From Balanoglossus misakiensis (lineage: Eukaryota > Animalia > Hemichordata), in assembly GCA_040954595.2 (NCBI GenBank), contig CM082585.2, positions 6,535,808 through 6,599,807 on the forward strand: a stretch of 64,000 nt of DNA, given 5' to 3'. This document shows positions 40,020 through 54,000 of the stretch, piece by piece (the first letter of the stretch is position 1; every line of letters starts with the position of its first letter). The position numbers and the translations under genes were made by a program. A model generated the notes under the pieces. The model did no database searches and was not told the DNA's origin. It was given only the letters and a program-made list of their open reading frames with translations.

Positions 40020-43000
40020 ATGGAAGGGGTCAAGCAATTGATGACGCTCACGATATTGTTGTTCGTCCAGCGTTCGACAGTATTTTCCCTGGATTTGGTA
40101 CGCTATATAACATTCAGTTTTTCATCCTTTTCTTGTCTTTGCGATTTTCTTTCATGTTTAGAACGTTGGCATTCGTACATTGATTTATGGCGACATGTGT
40201 GAAAAGTGATATGCTATCATTTGAGGAATTGAGGGTTTAGATTTTCCGTTTAAATGGTACATTTAGTACTCGGACAGTACGATTTATGATCTTCAATTGA
40301 AACTGTATAATTCCCTGGTTTAACAGTATTTAGGGAAAATATGGAAATTATTAACTGTTAATAGTTTATTTTTAATATCTATGAATATTTACTATGTATA
40401 AGAAGGGGAATTGATTAATCTGTGGATTTCGATGCCGATGTAAATACTATGTGCACAAAATGTTAACATTCATCACGCAACAACGAAAATGAGAGGTACT
40501 ATTTGGTGACTGAACAAAATACAAGGTTGTTCATCAATATTCGTTCGCCTGAGTTTTGTTTTGAGTATTGTATCGCTTTCTGTAGGAGTTGTCAGAAGAA
40601 GTAGTTGAAAGATATGCAAGAGCAGCTGGAATGGACGAAGGTATTAAGATAAATTAAGTAAATTTGCTCGATATATTTTACACCAAGTTTTATTCCCTGA
40701 GGTGATTGCGTTACAGTGTTTATTGCGTAACTGTCCCAAGAGTCACAGACCAATATGGTTGGTTTTTCAGAGCTGTTAGTCGAACTGTGTATACTTTGAT
40801 TCAGAATAACACCCATCATTTGCTCAATCATTGCAACAGAATAATTTCTTGTTGTATCGACTATGTGACTGAGCATACGGCTTACAGTGGCTTCCTCATG
40901 TCCAGGCAATATGTTAACGGCGTTAACAGTTTCGCGTACTTACGTGGCAGCTGTATTGTTCGATGCATTTTGAGTTCCCTTGAAGAACCTGGATCATCAA
41001 TCATTTCCAGGTGCTGAATACGATATTATCTACCCTAAGATAAGTGAACTATGGAAAAGAGAGGGTGCCGTGAGCGATGATGATGCTGAAGATCACTTAA
41101 CAGTGGAGGCATTTGGCGATTCTTTTAATCTTCGTCTGAAACGAAGTGGTGGTAAGCGTGTGGTGAAAATAATGAATTTTTCTCAAAATGACGCACAATT
41201 TAAATAGTATCACTTACCTTTCTAAACCGTCTAAAATAATAAACAAATCCCTCCTAATGATTAAACAATATTACTGCCCAAAACCCTATGACATGCGAAT
41301 CTTACGGTATATACTATACTCTTTTGGTCGTCAGTGACAAACTTACTTAGCTACACTGATCTCTCCTAGATTTCTTCTTGACTCCATTCGTGGAATACTG
41401 TGGCGACGGTGGCATCGTTTGGGACATGTTTCCGGTGGACGTCGACAAATCTTGTTATCACAGTGGTTACATAACGGGTGTTGAGAACTCCTTGGTAGCC
41501 ATTTCTGTCTGCAACGGGAATGACGTGGTGAGTTATCTCAAAGACACTTTCAGGGGAGACTTCTTTAACAGTAGTGCAATATAATAACGCCCAAGGTCAA
41601 TTAAATTGCATTTATTGTGAAAATTTTGTCTGCTCGATAACCGCACTTTCAAGAAAATTTTCGCAACACACGATGAACACTTGGTTTTCACCTTACCAAC
41701 ACAGCCAATGTGTGGCGTGGCAACAACTTTGAAATTTGAATTTAATTCTGAAATCGAATTTTCAAGTCAACATTTGCTATGCCGGTATACGTGTCGACCG
41801 CCATGTCACAAGTAGTATAGTGGACATTTTGGCATGCTTTATGAAGGACAAGTTACAAGTCAGTCAACAGCTGTTAGAGAAGTTAATACACATAATAAAA
41901 TAAGGTCAAAAATCAACTATAAAATACTCTAATGTTTTAGAAGTCGAAAGGCTTCCAAGGCATAAACGTTTAACTCACAATTATTTTTTAACTTCCTATT
42001 GGTTTTTCACAAACACGTAATTAGGCTACTATACAGATGATGTACTTTTCTTAATTACATTCATATAGGAACTGAATTTACGAGTTAACTGCTGCCACTA
42101 ATAAAGCCAATATATGATGGCTCTTCTTAATTAAAATAACTAGCTGGATAAATTCCTGTGCAAATGATAAAAGAGGTTTAGAAGCAGAGCAGTAACTGTG
42201 TGTTCATGCTTAATATCAACACAGTGCCTGAAATACAAACCTGATATGATAATTTTAAGAGGAAACGTTTTTGTATTTAAGTAAATTTTTGTATAAATGT
42301 TTTAATTGTGGTATACATTTTTTAATCGCTAAAACGTTACTTTTTATGAGGTGTTGTTTTATTCGTAAACACTTGATTAGTTAAAAGCGTATTGATATTC
42401 GTACAGCTTGTAAAACATAGTTCTGTATGAGTCAAATTCTAGATTATTTATATTATATACGCACTGTTGCGCCCAGCTGCGCGAGTTATAATATTCCATT
42501 AAAATATTTCCGATTCTAATTTCCTTCTAATATTTCTTTCTATAAGATTGGTTGGCTAATAGGCAATTACACACTCTTCCTGCACCCGATTGCAAATGAA
42601 GATGTCGCAGGAAGACGCAGACGAGACACTGACGAGCGCCCTCATATAGCATTCATCGTCGACGACGACCCGACGGAGGAGTTCCTTAGGAATGATGTTC
42701 ACTTCAAAGAAGAGTCCAGTGACGGTAAAATAAAATCGATAATGTATACTTTTACTTTGCCCGTAGGGATGAAATCACGTTATAATTTTGCGCCAGGTGT
42801 GAAAACGTCGACAACTCACTTTTAGTATTAGCAATTGTAACGCACTTCTTTCTTAACAGTTGCCCGCATTATATCGGTAGACATATTAGGTATAAGTCAG
42901 CCAGCCAACCAATTTTCACTTCCTCTAATGGACATTTTCCTTGACTTATAATACAGGTCGCTTATCCACACGAACACATGACGAGCGAGAAACTCGGGAC

Positions 43001-46000
43001 ACTGAAAGTAGTCCTCGCCCGATTTACATGGAGTTGATGGTTGCTGTTGATAAAGCAGCCCAGGAGAAACTCGGAAAGAACACAGTTCCTCACGTTCTGG
43101 CTATGGTTAATTTGGTACGCATATCTTACATTACCTCTTGGTTCATATTCATGAATATACGACTTTTTTGTTTATTGATTATTTTGTGTGAACTTTTTTG
43201 ATAGTTTTGAGCGTTACTTTTTCCATGTTCCTGAAATCGCTCGCGAATGTTCATGTTGAAGGTTTATGTTTAAATGTCTCATTCTATTGAACTTTGAACT
43301 TGAAGGTTGCTACGGCATACAAGCATCCCTCTGCTGAAGAAATGGATATTAATGTCCGTTTAGTGAGATTGATACTGATTGACGAAGACAAGGTAAACAA
43401 TTTAATAATATTTTCTAAATTCCTAGCTGTAATCCACTGACGGGGTTTCATGGTTATATTTCATGTAAACGGATTTCTAATTATTTAATAACACCGACAG
43501 ATATATTTATGATCTCACATAACAATGATGTTCCTGACTGAACATAATTGAACATGAATTATTGAGACACTAAACCACGAATAGCAAAAATATAACCGTC
43601 GCTTATTTTCTGAATATATTACTGAGAGGTTCTGATTGTTTTGATGTCTGTTATGCCAAGTTGTGTCCAAATTATCCAATTATCATTAAAGGATTTTTCT
43701 GTGTCTCAAGTGACTCGCCATGGTGCTTACATACCCAGACATTTTTCCATCTAACCCTTTGTGTTTCAGTGCAAGCCATTTTTGAATGTATCGAACGATG
43801 TTTACGACCGTCTTCGATTTTTCGCTGATTGGGCGAATGAGATAAACGTTGCAGACGAAGATAATCCACTCCATTTTGATTATGAGTTCTTATTCACAAA
43901 GTAAGTTCTGACGTTTTATTTGTATCACATGATCTTATGTGCTAACCCTACACACCTCCCTGAATATACCAGCCAGCAAAATATGACGCGATTAAAAATC
44001 TTTGTTATCAAAAATGGGCCATAGTATACTCGGACATATATTCCCGTATCTGCATAATTTGACTTTCTTTGGTTTCCGGTCATAATCATTTAACATGGTG
44101 TATGTTCTCATGTTGTCTGTTGGTCCCTTTGGGTTGTTGTAGATAAAATTATAATTGTTGTTGTTGGAGATGCTTTTTCAGTCTTATGGTAATTTGATCT
44201 TCTTCTATTGACAGTAAAGACTGGGTGAATAGTGGTGTTGGTGGCCTTGCTTATGTCGGGGTAATGTGCGGTGTCAGCTCAGCGGGATTGTGTCCCATCA
44301 GCACATATGTTAGCTGCTTCGGCCATGAAATGTCGCACACGTGAGTTATATACATTTCATTCGTGACATTATCAAAAATCGCAATTTATATTGTTTGGGT
44401 CCATTCCAGACACAACAGAATAGTAATAGACATTATTGAATGAATAGAGTCACAAACACATCTTATATTATAATGCTGAAGTGGTAAAACAATTTGATAT
44501 ACATGTAATATGATTGGTAGTGTATGCTCTTCATAGCAAGCACTGACCAACCCTTGTCATTTAGAATATTCTTATGTTTGTGTTTTCGCTCGAAGTATTC
44601 ACCTATGTTTGTTTTAAATTTCTGTTGACTAGGCTTGGTCTAAGTCACGAATTGTCCATATGTCCGAATTCAACTGAGAAGGGGTTTCATTCTGGTGGTT
44701 ATTACAAGTTTACTGAGTGCAACAGAAACCAACTACGACCTTACTTTGAGTGAGTATGTATGTATGTATGTATGTATGTATGTATGTATGTTTCCGTGAA
44801 TTTAGTGATTCTAGAACCAGAAATAAAAGTCGAAAGAGTTCAATGATGATTATTTCATTAGGTCATACCGCAAACCGTCATCCTGTTTGTATGATGAACC
44901 CATCTGTGAAACAACATGGCCTTGGCCGAACTTTTACAACGGAGAGAGACCCATTACCGGGGAGGTGTTTAGCACAGAAGTGCAGTGTAAGGCGTACTAC
45001 TATGGGCGAAGTACAGGGGAGTGCCCTTGGAAGAGAATGGACGTACAGGCAAGTCCTCTGTGTATATTCCAGAGAGTATTTTTGAGTCATGTTATGTATT
45101 CTTTATTCCATTGTCAGCGGCCCTGCGTATTGCTGAGATTACAGTTTACTCGTTCGTGACTGTAAACGGAAGAGCATTTGGATTAATAGGTATTCGACCT
45201 TCGTCGCAGAATGATAAAACAATATTCAGCAGATGTCCTGTTTCGTAACAGATACATTGGTCCGAGTTATATAACTGTGGACTTTTGCGATAGTTTTAAA
45301 TTATGGTTTAAATATTTGCTAGTACCAACTGAACTGAAATTGGTTACAACTGGTCAAACTGTTGCATGCTACACCAAATTGTATATTGCGAACATTTTGT
45401 CGTCAATTTAAGGCAAACTCGGTAGGGTACGATTTGATGAGGTCTTAGGAAGCAGTCAACTCCAAATTTCGAAAGAGCTTACTAACGTTTTCAGCAACAT
45501 GTCATGTCACCTTTCAGAACTTTAACAATGGAGATACATGCTATCTTCACTGTGAAATGACTGATGGAACCTGTGAGAAGTGGGGCAAAACAATCGAAGG
45601 CTCGCCATGCGGACCAGGAAAGGTAAAGTGTTATGTGGAGGAATGGTGAGGTCGTAAATGTAATATTTTCGATAAACAAGGGCGAATTCTGCAAGCAGAA
45701 ATAGATCAATTCCTTAGATATATGTTATTAATACATTTTGAACCGAATTATATAACACAATTCAGTCCATACGTGAATTTATAAACATTTCGTATACTTG
45801 CCCTCGGTGGGAGGTTATTGCTTAAGTACCGGTATATCGTTTATATATCTATGTACTATAAAATTTACTTTAGAGAAATATATGTGTATTTATCCACAGG
45901 TCTGTCTTGCAGACATTTGTACATGTGTCGATGAAGTGGTGTGTGGACAGCCAGGTGGGATTGGTAAGTCAAAGTATATGTATATGTAATCTTTGACTGC

Positions 46001-49000
46001 CTGCTAATCATAACATACGAGATGATATCTGGTATATATGGTAGTACTTGCTGGTAGTGTTATTGTGTTACACAGTTTAATTTCTTCATACAAAACTAAG
46101 CAATCACAGAGTGTCTCATCGGAAAAATATGCTCAAAATACTAAACCACGATAACTCTTGTCATGCTATGTATTTTGCCAATGTTTTGGAGAATAAGCAA
46201 TAATTATTATAGTTTAAGTAAAACAAATCACTTTTATTCAGTCCACAGCTCCCTAAAGCGCAAATTAACCTTTCAAACTAATATCATTCTGGTTGCTTGA
46301 CCAGTTTATCATACACATGGCTTTTTGACCGCAGTTTGCAGCAAGGAAGACGGTTTCGACCGAGTTGGACATGATGTAGTCAATGGGTGGGAAAATCGTA
46401 AATCCAGCACAGACGAGTGCTGTGAAGATTGCAAGAGTAACAGGCAGTGTGTCGCGTGGACTTTCAACAAAGATACTGGTGATTGTTGGTTAAAGGATGC
46501 AGTCCCCGATAAAACGTCAAACTCCATTGCGGTGTCGGGCGTCGTCGCAAGACCAGGTAAATCAAGCGTAGGGTAGGGGGACAACCGGGTAGGGTTAGGG
46601 CTTTTGAATTTTAGTTCCGGAGAATCACACAAAAGTTTTCCCCTTTTCCAGGTTCAAGGCCCGAGAACACCAACTATGTGCCGTCCGTATTTTCGGCCGA
46701 CCGCGACACCGCAGTCCAAATCTGCGACAGTCAACAAGGCTCCCTAGCGAAAATATTGAACAAAGACACCAACGATTACTTGATCAACGTCGTCGAAAGT
46801 TTCAGCATGAGGAGAGACTACCGTTTCCATTTCGACGGGAGACGATATCCTCACAAAGGAAACAATTGGAGGACCATTGATGGGGAACCGTTGACATTCT
46901 TTAATTGGGAATCTGGTGAACCGAATAACAGTGGTGGTAGTCAAGAATGTTTACTCCTATGGTGAGTTTTGTGAAGGTGCTGCGTGGTCATAATATATTC
47001 ATGTGTATTGAAATATTTGACGTCACTGTGAAAAATATTGTCTTTGAATGTTCTAACTACATCTCAACTAACAAGATCCTACCCAAGGATGAAAAAAGAA
47101 GTTTACACAATCATGCAGTTTTGCTACAAAGGGGGCGCTCCTCAAAGCAGTTTCTGTCATTGCTAGACCAAAACAAAATGATAAATATGTTGAGTGTGTA
47201 GGCTACATGTACTGAGCTGAGAGTTTTACGGAGTTTATCCCCAAATAGTTCCACACTGTCCCAACCCGACCCGACGACGGTGGTGGGCCATTTGTGTTTA
47301 TCCCTGACCTGGTCTTCTTTTACAATAGCTATATCGTTAGGGTTGAATTGTAGATTTGGGTTGGTGCCTTCTTTAATTCTACTTATAACTTTATATCATT
47401 TCTCAATGATACCAGGGAGAATATAATGGAATTTTCTGACTATTCGTGCAGTACACACAGCCATTACATCTGTCAGAAAGGTAAATGTTCTTAAATTGTA
47501 CATCTGTCTGGGTCCGTCCGCTGCAGAAATAAGTGTTACTAAAAACTATAAAATATGCATAAACAAAGACACCAATGCTTTAACATACGGTTATTTTGTG
47601 AATGTTTGGTTTTTAATATTATAATTGAAATAATTGTATAATGTATTTCATGGACTTATTGTAACTTAAACAGATGGCAAAGGAGAATGTTTTACAGAGA
47701 AACTTGCCAATGACTATCGTGGAAGAAAATCGACGACCAAAAACGGACACACGTGCCTTAAATGGACCAGACATTCTCATGGCAAGACTCCAGCAGCTTA
47801 TCCTAACCGCGGATTGGGCGATCATAATTATTGCCGTAACCCGGATGTTGACTCTGGGGGTGCTTGGTGCTATGTTTCTGGTGGAAGTAAACATTATGAT
47901 TATTGTGATGTTGGCCAACCGAAAGAAAGTTGCGGTGAGTGTTGTGACGTCATCATCATCATCATCATCACCACCATTGCCGTCGCCGCCACTACAAAAA
48001 CCACCACCACCGTGCTGACGGTGAAATAACTTACCCTAGTGACGCGATTTCATTCTCCTTGTTAGGCGGGAAAGACGAATGCTATCAAGACTCCAATGGA
48101 AACGACTATCGAGGTAAACTATCGAAAACGAAGAAAGGCTTCACCTGTCAGAAGTGGACCTCACAGACACCTCAAAGTCATTCGAGAACACCTGAAACGT
48201 ATCCCAATGGTGGTCTCGGAGATCACAACTACTGCCGTAACCCTGACAACGTACATGCCCCCTGGTGTTACACAGTCGATGGTGATAGATATGATTATTG
48301 TGACGTTGGAAATCCCGGAGATTGTGGTAAGGAAGCGATTTTTTGGCCACTGTCAGGATTTCGGACAGCCACTGATTGGCTGATCCGTCTGTATGACCTG
48401 GGTCACTGCAACTCGACTGTACTGAAATGGCGATGCAACGTCTAATAAGTGACTCTTGGCAATGTGAGTTTTTGTCTTGTCACATCAAGAGACTGGTACT
48501 TGCTGTGAAAATTTTAGTCGACAATTGGTCGAGGAATCTGTGATTGCTACTAAATACCTGTGCTTGATAAAACATTTTTGCAGAAAAACTTGGACCAGTC
48601 ATGGAAGGGAAGATGGTAGGTCTTAGTGCAGCATCGACAATTGTATCAACCAAACCCTTCACTCAACCCATCTCTGAAATCACCGTGTCTTTCTGGGTTA
48701 GAAGCACCGGAAGTGACTCGAGTACAGTGTTCGTTTATTCCTCGCCGTCTGTCGAAGATGACGTGAGTGTTCGAAATATTGGCAATATGAAAATCTATAT
48801 CAATGAGGTCCAAGGGGAACCGTCATTACTGGATGCGAATGATGGCTATTGGCATCAAGTGGCTGTCACCTGGCAGAGTGCAGATGGTACATGGCGGTTT
48901 TTCAAAGATGGCGTACTGATATCGTCTGGCGCTGGCTTTGAGACGGGACACCAAATTCAGCCCGGTGGTGTGCTGGTGGTTGGTCGTGGTCAAGATAAAC

Positions 49001-50179
49001 CAGGTGATGCTTGGTCTTCCGGTTACATTGAAGGTCACATGAGCAACTTTAACATCTGGAGCAGGCAACTGACAATGGGGGAAATGGAGACCTTGTCCAA
49101 GACCTGTGACGGTTCTATGACAGGTAATCTGATCTCTTGGAATGGTGATGATCTGAGTGTGCAACTGTCATCGCCTGGTAGTCTGCCGATTGAAGAAGCA
49201 GACACTTGTGGTAAGTGTATACCTCACATTGACCCAATCTGTAAGGAAATGTTACTTTTAAAGGACACTGGCGCACACAGATGCATAGATATTTCCAGAC
49301 CACTGACAGTGGCCGTTGCGATTTGTGAAGGTATGGTGAATTAAATGACCCATGATTTTGGAAATGGTATTAAAGTCGAACATGTCTATAGTGGCCAGTC
49401 GAGGGACATTGCTAAACTGTCCTTTATAGACAGGTGGCCTTTATATACAGGTCAATGAATGCACATGTATATTGCACAGGGAGAGTAACAAAGTGGCCAC
49501 TATACGGTATACTGGTTTGATTGTATTTCATGAATAATCTTCGGTAATTGATTGTTCACTCACAATAGGAAATCTTTGTTTGCATTTATATTTTACAGAA
49601 CCCGTGTTGTCTGGGCTTGATGGCAAAATGATTCAGTTTGATGGAGATTACACGTTGCAGTCCTTCAAAACATTACCTAAGCTGACCGATTTATCAGTGT
49701 GCTTTTGGTTTCAAATCACCGAAAATAATGGGGGCTGGTTCACCTTTGAGACACAGGACGAATACGTACTGGCATTTTGGCGCGACACTGAGCTGATGGT
49801 GCAGTCGGGCAATTGGAATGGCGAATCGCTCTCCGTCGACGACGGCCAATGGCATCACGTGTGTGTCACGTGGAAGTCCGCCGGCGGGCTGTGGCAGGTC
49901 TTCAAAGATGGCACCCTAGCTACCAACGGTGCTGGTCTCGGCGACAAATTTGAATTAGCCGCAGGAGGAAAGTTTATCCTGGGAGCATCGAGACAGTACA
50001 AGGTCAAAGGCAACATGGCGCTTTTTAATGCATGGGACCGGGTTCTCAGCAGTGATGAAGTCAGTGATGTGAAGTCTTCCTGTGATGGTGACTACGAGGG
50101 GAATCTGGTGTCATGGAAACAGGGTTTAGCACCACCGGAGAGCAAATACACGGCCAATTTTAGCCAATGTACCGGCTAG
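40020..50179 (+). CDS. Secreted ADAMTS/reprolysin-like (M12B) metalloprotease with PAN/apple, C-type lectin, two kringle and two pentraxin domains; 20 exons, ~1303 aa
   Basis: Exons: 40020-40097 (signal peptide MEGVKQLMTLTILLFVQRSTVFS); 40586-40640, 41011-41151, 41370-41527, 42547-42724 (propeptide, RRRR furin site); 42957-43114, 43306-43392, 43770-43900, 44215-44340, 44633-44749 (catalytic domain: IYMELMVAVD, YKHPS, GLAYVGVMC, HEMSHTLGLSH); 44862-45048, 45518-45622, 45900-45963 (ADAMTS disintegrin-like Cys-rich); 46335-46556 (PAN); 46652-46961 and 47416-47480 (CTLD, WESGEPNN); 47674-47934 and 48066-48326 (kringles, NYCRNPD); 48584-49210 and 49599-50179 (pentraxin, WHHVCVTW). They sum to 3912 nt in frame. 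Confidence 0.88.
44753..44790. repeat. (TGTA)n microsatellite
   Basis: Run of gtat units directly after a splice donor. Confidence 0.9.
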
Positions 50180-51044
50180 CTAATCAACGTCGATTATAGT
50201 AAACAATATCATGTGTTTGGAATGTATGCATGCACATATCCAAGATATACATTGATTAAAATTGTCTTAAGTATTGCATGATTATAATGTTGCATGACTT
50301 GATTAAAAAAATAAGTTGTTTGTTGGATTAGATGTGAAGTAACATGAAACTTTGTTGCTCTCTCGATATCGCGAAAAATTTAACTCGCGAAAATAAAGTG
50401 TTTTACAGTTCATACAGACATATTCACAAAATGCAGACTGCAGACGTATAGTCTCACAGATTCCCTCTATAAATGTACACATAGAACAAAATGGGATTCT
50501 TAAAAATAATAATCTTTATTTCATCCTATTATATGCCATTATCTCAAGTATTGTTGAAATCAAGCAAATAAAATACAACAACTGTGACAAAATTGCAAAA
50601 GAAGGAATTCATTCTAGTTTTTATAAAAACACTACAAGTATGTTTTACCATAGTGAGAGTACACAGTCTTTCTCTTGATGTATTGTCTATATTAATTTAC
50701 AAATCTTGGAAAATGACTTGACATATCCATTGAGTAACAAATAAGAAACACAGTGTATACACAGTTTTAATAAAAACACTACAATAGTCACAGATCAGAA
50801 TACAAGTCAGTTCTACAATGAAAACTTTAAGAGCAATATGACTTGTCAATGTCTTTGTTTTTTTATTCTACATGACAAGATATTTAAAAGCTAAAACTAC
50901 CACATTATCAATCTTTCAGACCCCCTTCAGAATATCATTTGGTCCAACCCTAATAATATTCTGCAAAGAAATGTGCCCTGGTTACTCATACCATTCATTT
51001 GTCTTTCTCATAAAGTAACGGCTGCTGAAATTTACTGTGGCTGT

Positions 51045-54000
51045 TTAACTTTCATTGTGCTTCAAAAAGTTAATGGCTATTCTTAATGTACAGACTGGTA
51101 CAGGCTTTTGCCATCCTATTTCATTGCCAAATGTGGCCAGAGTGATACACTCTTCAATGACCAAATGGTTAGATTTCACCAGAGTTGACATCTCAGACAT
51201 AATCCTGTCATTTATTCCAGAAGCAATCTTTGAGAAAATTACTATCGTAAAGGAATGAAGACTGATAGGCTTAGCCTTCTCAAGGAGAGTGTTGACATAT
51301 GACTGGATTCCATCACACATTGATGACTCAGTAATAATGAGTTTTAGTGTGAAATGTTTCACACTTCTAGACCATTGCTGGTTTGGTATTAGACACGTCA
51401 AATCAAAAGGTCCCCATATACGCAAGTATAAAAATAAGTATTCTATATGTCTGACTTGCCTTGTGAGAATCAATGCATAATTTGCCAGGTTGTGAGTAGA
51501 CACACCAGTTTCGAATTCTGTGACACTGCTACACATATTCAATGCCTTCACAAGATTCGCAGTGTTATCAGCTGTGTCTATGAGATCACACCCTTGGATG
51601 TAAATAGAATTTAACACTGGACTGGAAGATTTCAAAGCAGATAGCAACCATGCTGGAAAGCCTTCAGTATGAAGCAACATGAATTTTCTTGTTTGTTTAC
51701 AGTTCTGGATAAACCGACTTAGTGAATCAATTTGTGCATCATTCATATCAATGTACTGGTATAATAATACTAGAGACACACACTCTGGACTTTTTTCTAT
51801 AAGTTTGTCAAATGGTAATGGGACTTCACGGCACAGATACTCCACACCCCACTGAAAATTCTGCAAATGTTTGTTGGAACTAACACTTTGGAATAAACGA
51901 GTGATAGCCTGGGCACATGTTTCTGTGTTCACCAGTTCATCTCTATGTAATGATATAAATCCATAGAAGGTATTCAAATGCCATCCTCTGTTCAATGCAT
52001 TTGCTATTCGCCAAATTGATTTTAAGGTATCACAATGCAATGCCACTGATGTTAAACAAATGCAATGTTCAGTTATTTCCTTAATTACCTCTGTGAAGAA
52101 ATATGATCTGCCCCGATGCTGTAAATATAAATGTTTGATGCCTTGAACACTGTCATTGTTCTGAGCCATGCTATTCAATAGACTAATTACCTGCCAAAAC
52201 GTTTTCTGGCTAAGTGTACATGCACAATACAGGCTACTCTCTATGGCATTTCTTGCATCATGATTGAACATATCATAATTATACCAACCACTATAAAAAT
52301 TATAATCAAATTCACCATCATGTAGTATCAAATGATTTGGCATAAATGGTGCTAGGTGTTCAATTTTGATATTGGCTTCAAATAAACACTTGCAAATGAT
52401 TGTAAATTCATCTGTGATGTCAAAGCCATCCTGACTACTATACTTACTTTGCATTGTCTTCTCAATCAGAAGTTTCATAAAAGGTTCTGCTTTCTGTTTT
52501 AAGATGCCAGCAACAAACAGGCAAACCTGTTTTTCTCTTATAATACTTTCAATGGCAGACTCTGATCCAACACTACCAACAATGTTGCTGATATGCAAGG
52601 CAGTGAAATATTCAAGCCAGGTTTTATGGTAGAAAAAGCAACCAGTCTGCAACTTGATTCTAGAAATTCCAGTATCTCTCACTAGTAAGCCCAGTGACAG
52701 AATTGTTTTGCTGACAGAATTTTCATCTATCATCATAGACCCTTGTGAATATACATCATATGCAACACTAGCTAATGCAGCCACTTCATCATTTAAATCA
52801 TTTGGTATGCTATCAGTCAATTCCCTGTTATTCTTGCAACAGAATCTCTTCAAAATACAGTCCAAAATTTCAGAATAAATGTCAGTCAAATTATTCTTGG
52901 GGATGGTTTTCTTCTCTTCCCAAAGCAGACAAACAAATGCTAAATGTAAGGGATTACATAGCAGATCTCGCTTGATGTTGACTGCAGTGTCTATATCCTC
53001 CTCCTTCTTCTTCTCCTCCTCCTCATCATCATCATCATGATACCATGGCTTACCGTCAGACTCTTTAACAATATCAAGGTTTAACTCTGAAACAAGACTC
53101 TCCACTTGGTTTACTCTCTGACTAAAATACTTGTGTATATAGTCAATTGCATCTTTTGTTGAAAAGCCTTTAATTCTGAAGTATGCCTGACAATCTTTGA
53201 GAGCTTCATCACATTCATGAGGTCGTGTTGTTGTGACAACTGTACACCATGGCAACAATTTCTCTGAGATAATAGGAAGTATGTCTGATTTCTCTCTGGA
53301 TGTTGATGTAATTTCATCTAACCCATCAAATAAACACAGTACTAAATTTTGATTTTGTTCAATGTAACCATAAAGATCCTGTTTCTTGATTTTGGCATCC
53401 CTATGAAGTAACTGATGGAAGATGATGTCATCTAATCTCTTTTTGTCAGAAACGTGTCTCATTTCTAAGAGAAACAGAAGTTTGAATTGTGGTAGTTTGC
53501 CCTGTGCCCAATCATATGCTAGCTTCCTGCAGAATGTTGACTTTCCCATTGCCGGAGCCCCCTCAATTCTGATTCGACTGCAAATTAACTGTGGATCTGT
53601 CTCTTTAATTATGTCATGCTCACTTGTGAGAACGCTCCCTTCTTCAAAAAGTTGTCTTCTGTCAGTTTTGATAACTCTCAGTTTCGTGTAGACTTCAGTG
53701 AGACTTAGAGATACACTTTCGTTCCACGGAATTGGTCTGAAATCGTTGAAGTGTCTTGTATACTTTTGTTGTAAATGTTCTATCAACCAATGTATGCTTC
53801 CTGAAACCAAAATTGGGAATAAAAAAGAAGCATTAAAGCGATGAATGACACCACAGTACTCACACTTCATGCAAGATCGATTCATGAGGGATTACAGAAA
53901 TAATGTGTTCAAGTCAGCATTTTGAGTATCAATACAGTAATGCAGTGAACATACTAGAATGAACAGTACTCTGGCACGCTGCGATTGCAACTGAGGTTCG

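Noticed and set aside
40154-40240. Alternative signal-peptide exon MFRTLAFVH*FMATCVKS with an internal TGA (selenocysteine or pseudogene)
   Set aside because: A clean stop-free signal-peptide exon exists at 40020-40097 in the right phase; this stretch is intronic and no SECIS was recognised.
53801-53885. ATG at 53885 as the start of a stand-alone 946-aa NACHT protein
   Set aside because: A good acceptor (ttggtttcag|) at 53801 is in phase with the upstream DED exon; the extra N-terminal residues look like translated intron.
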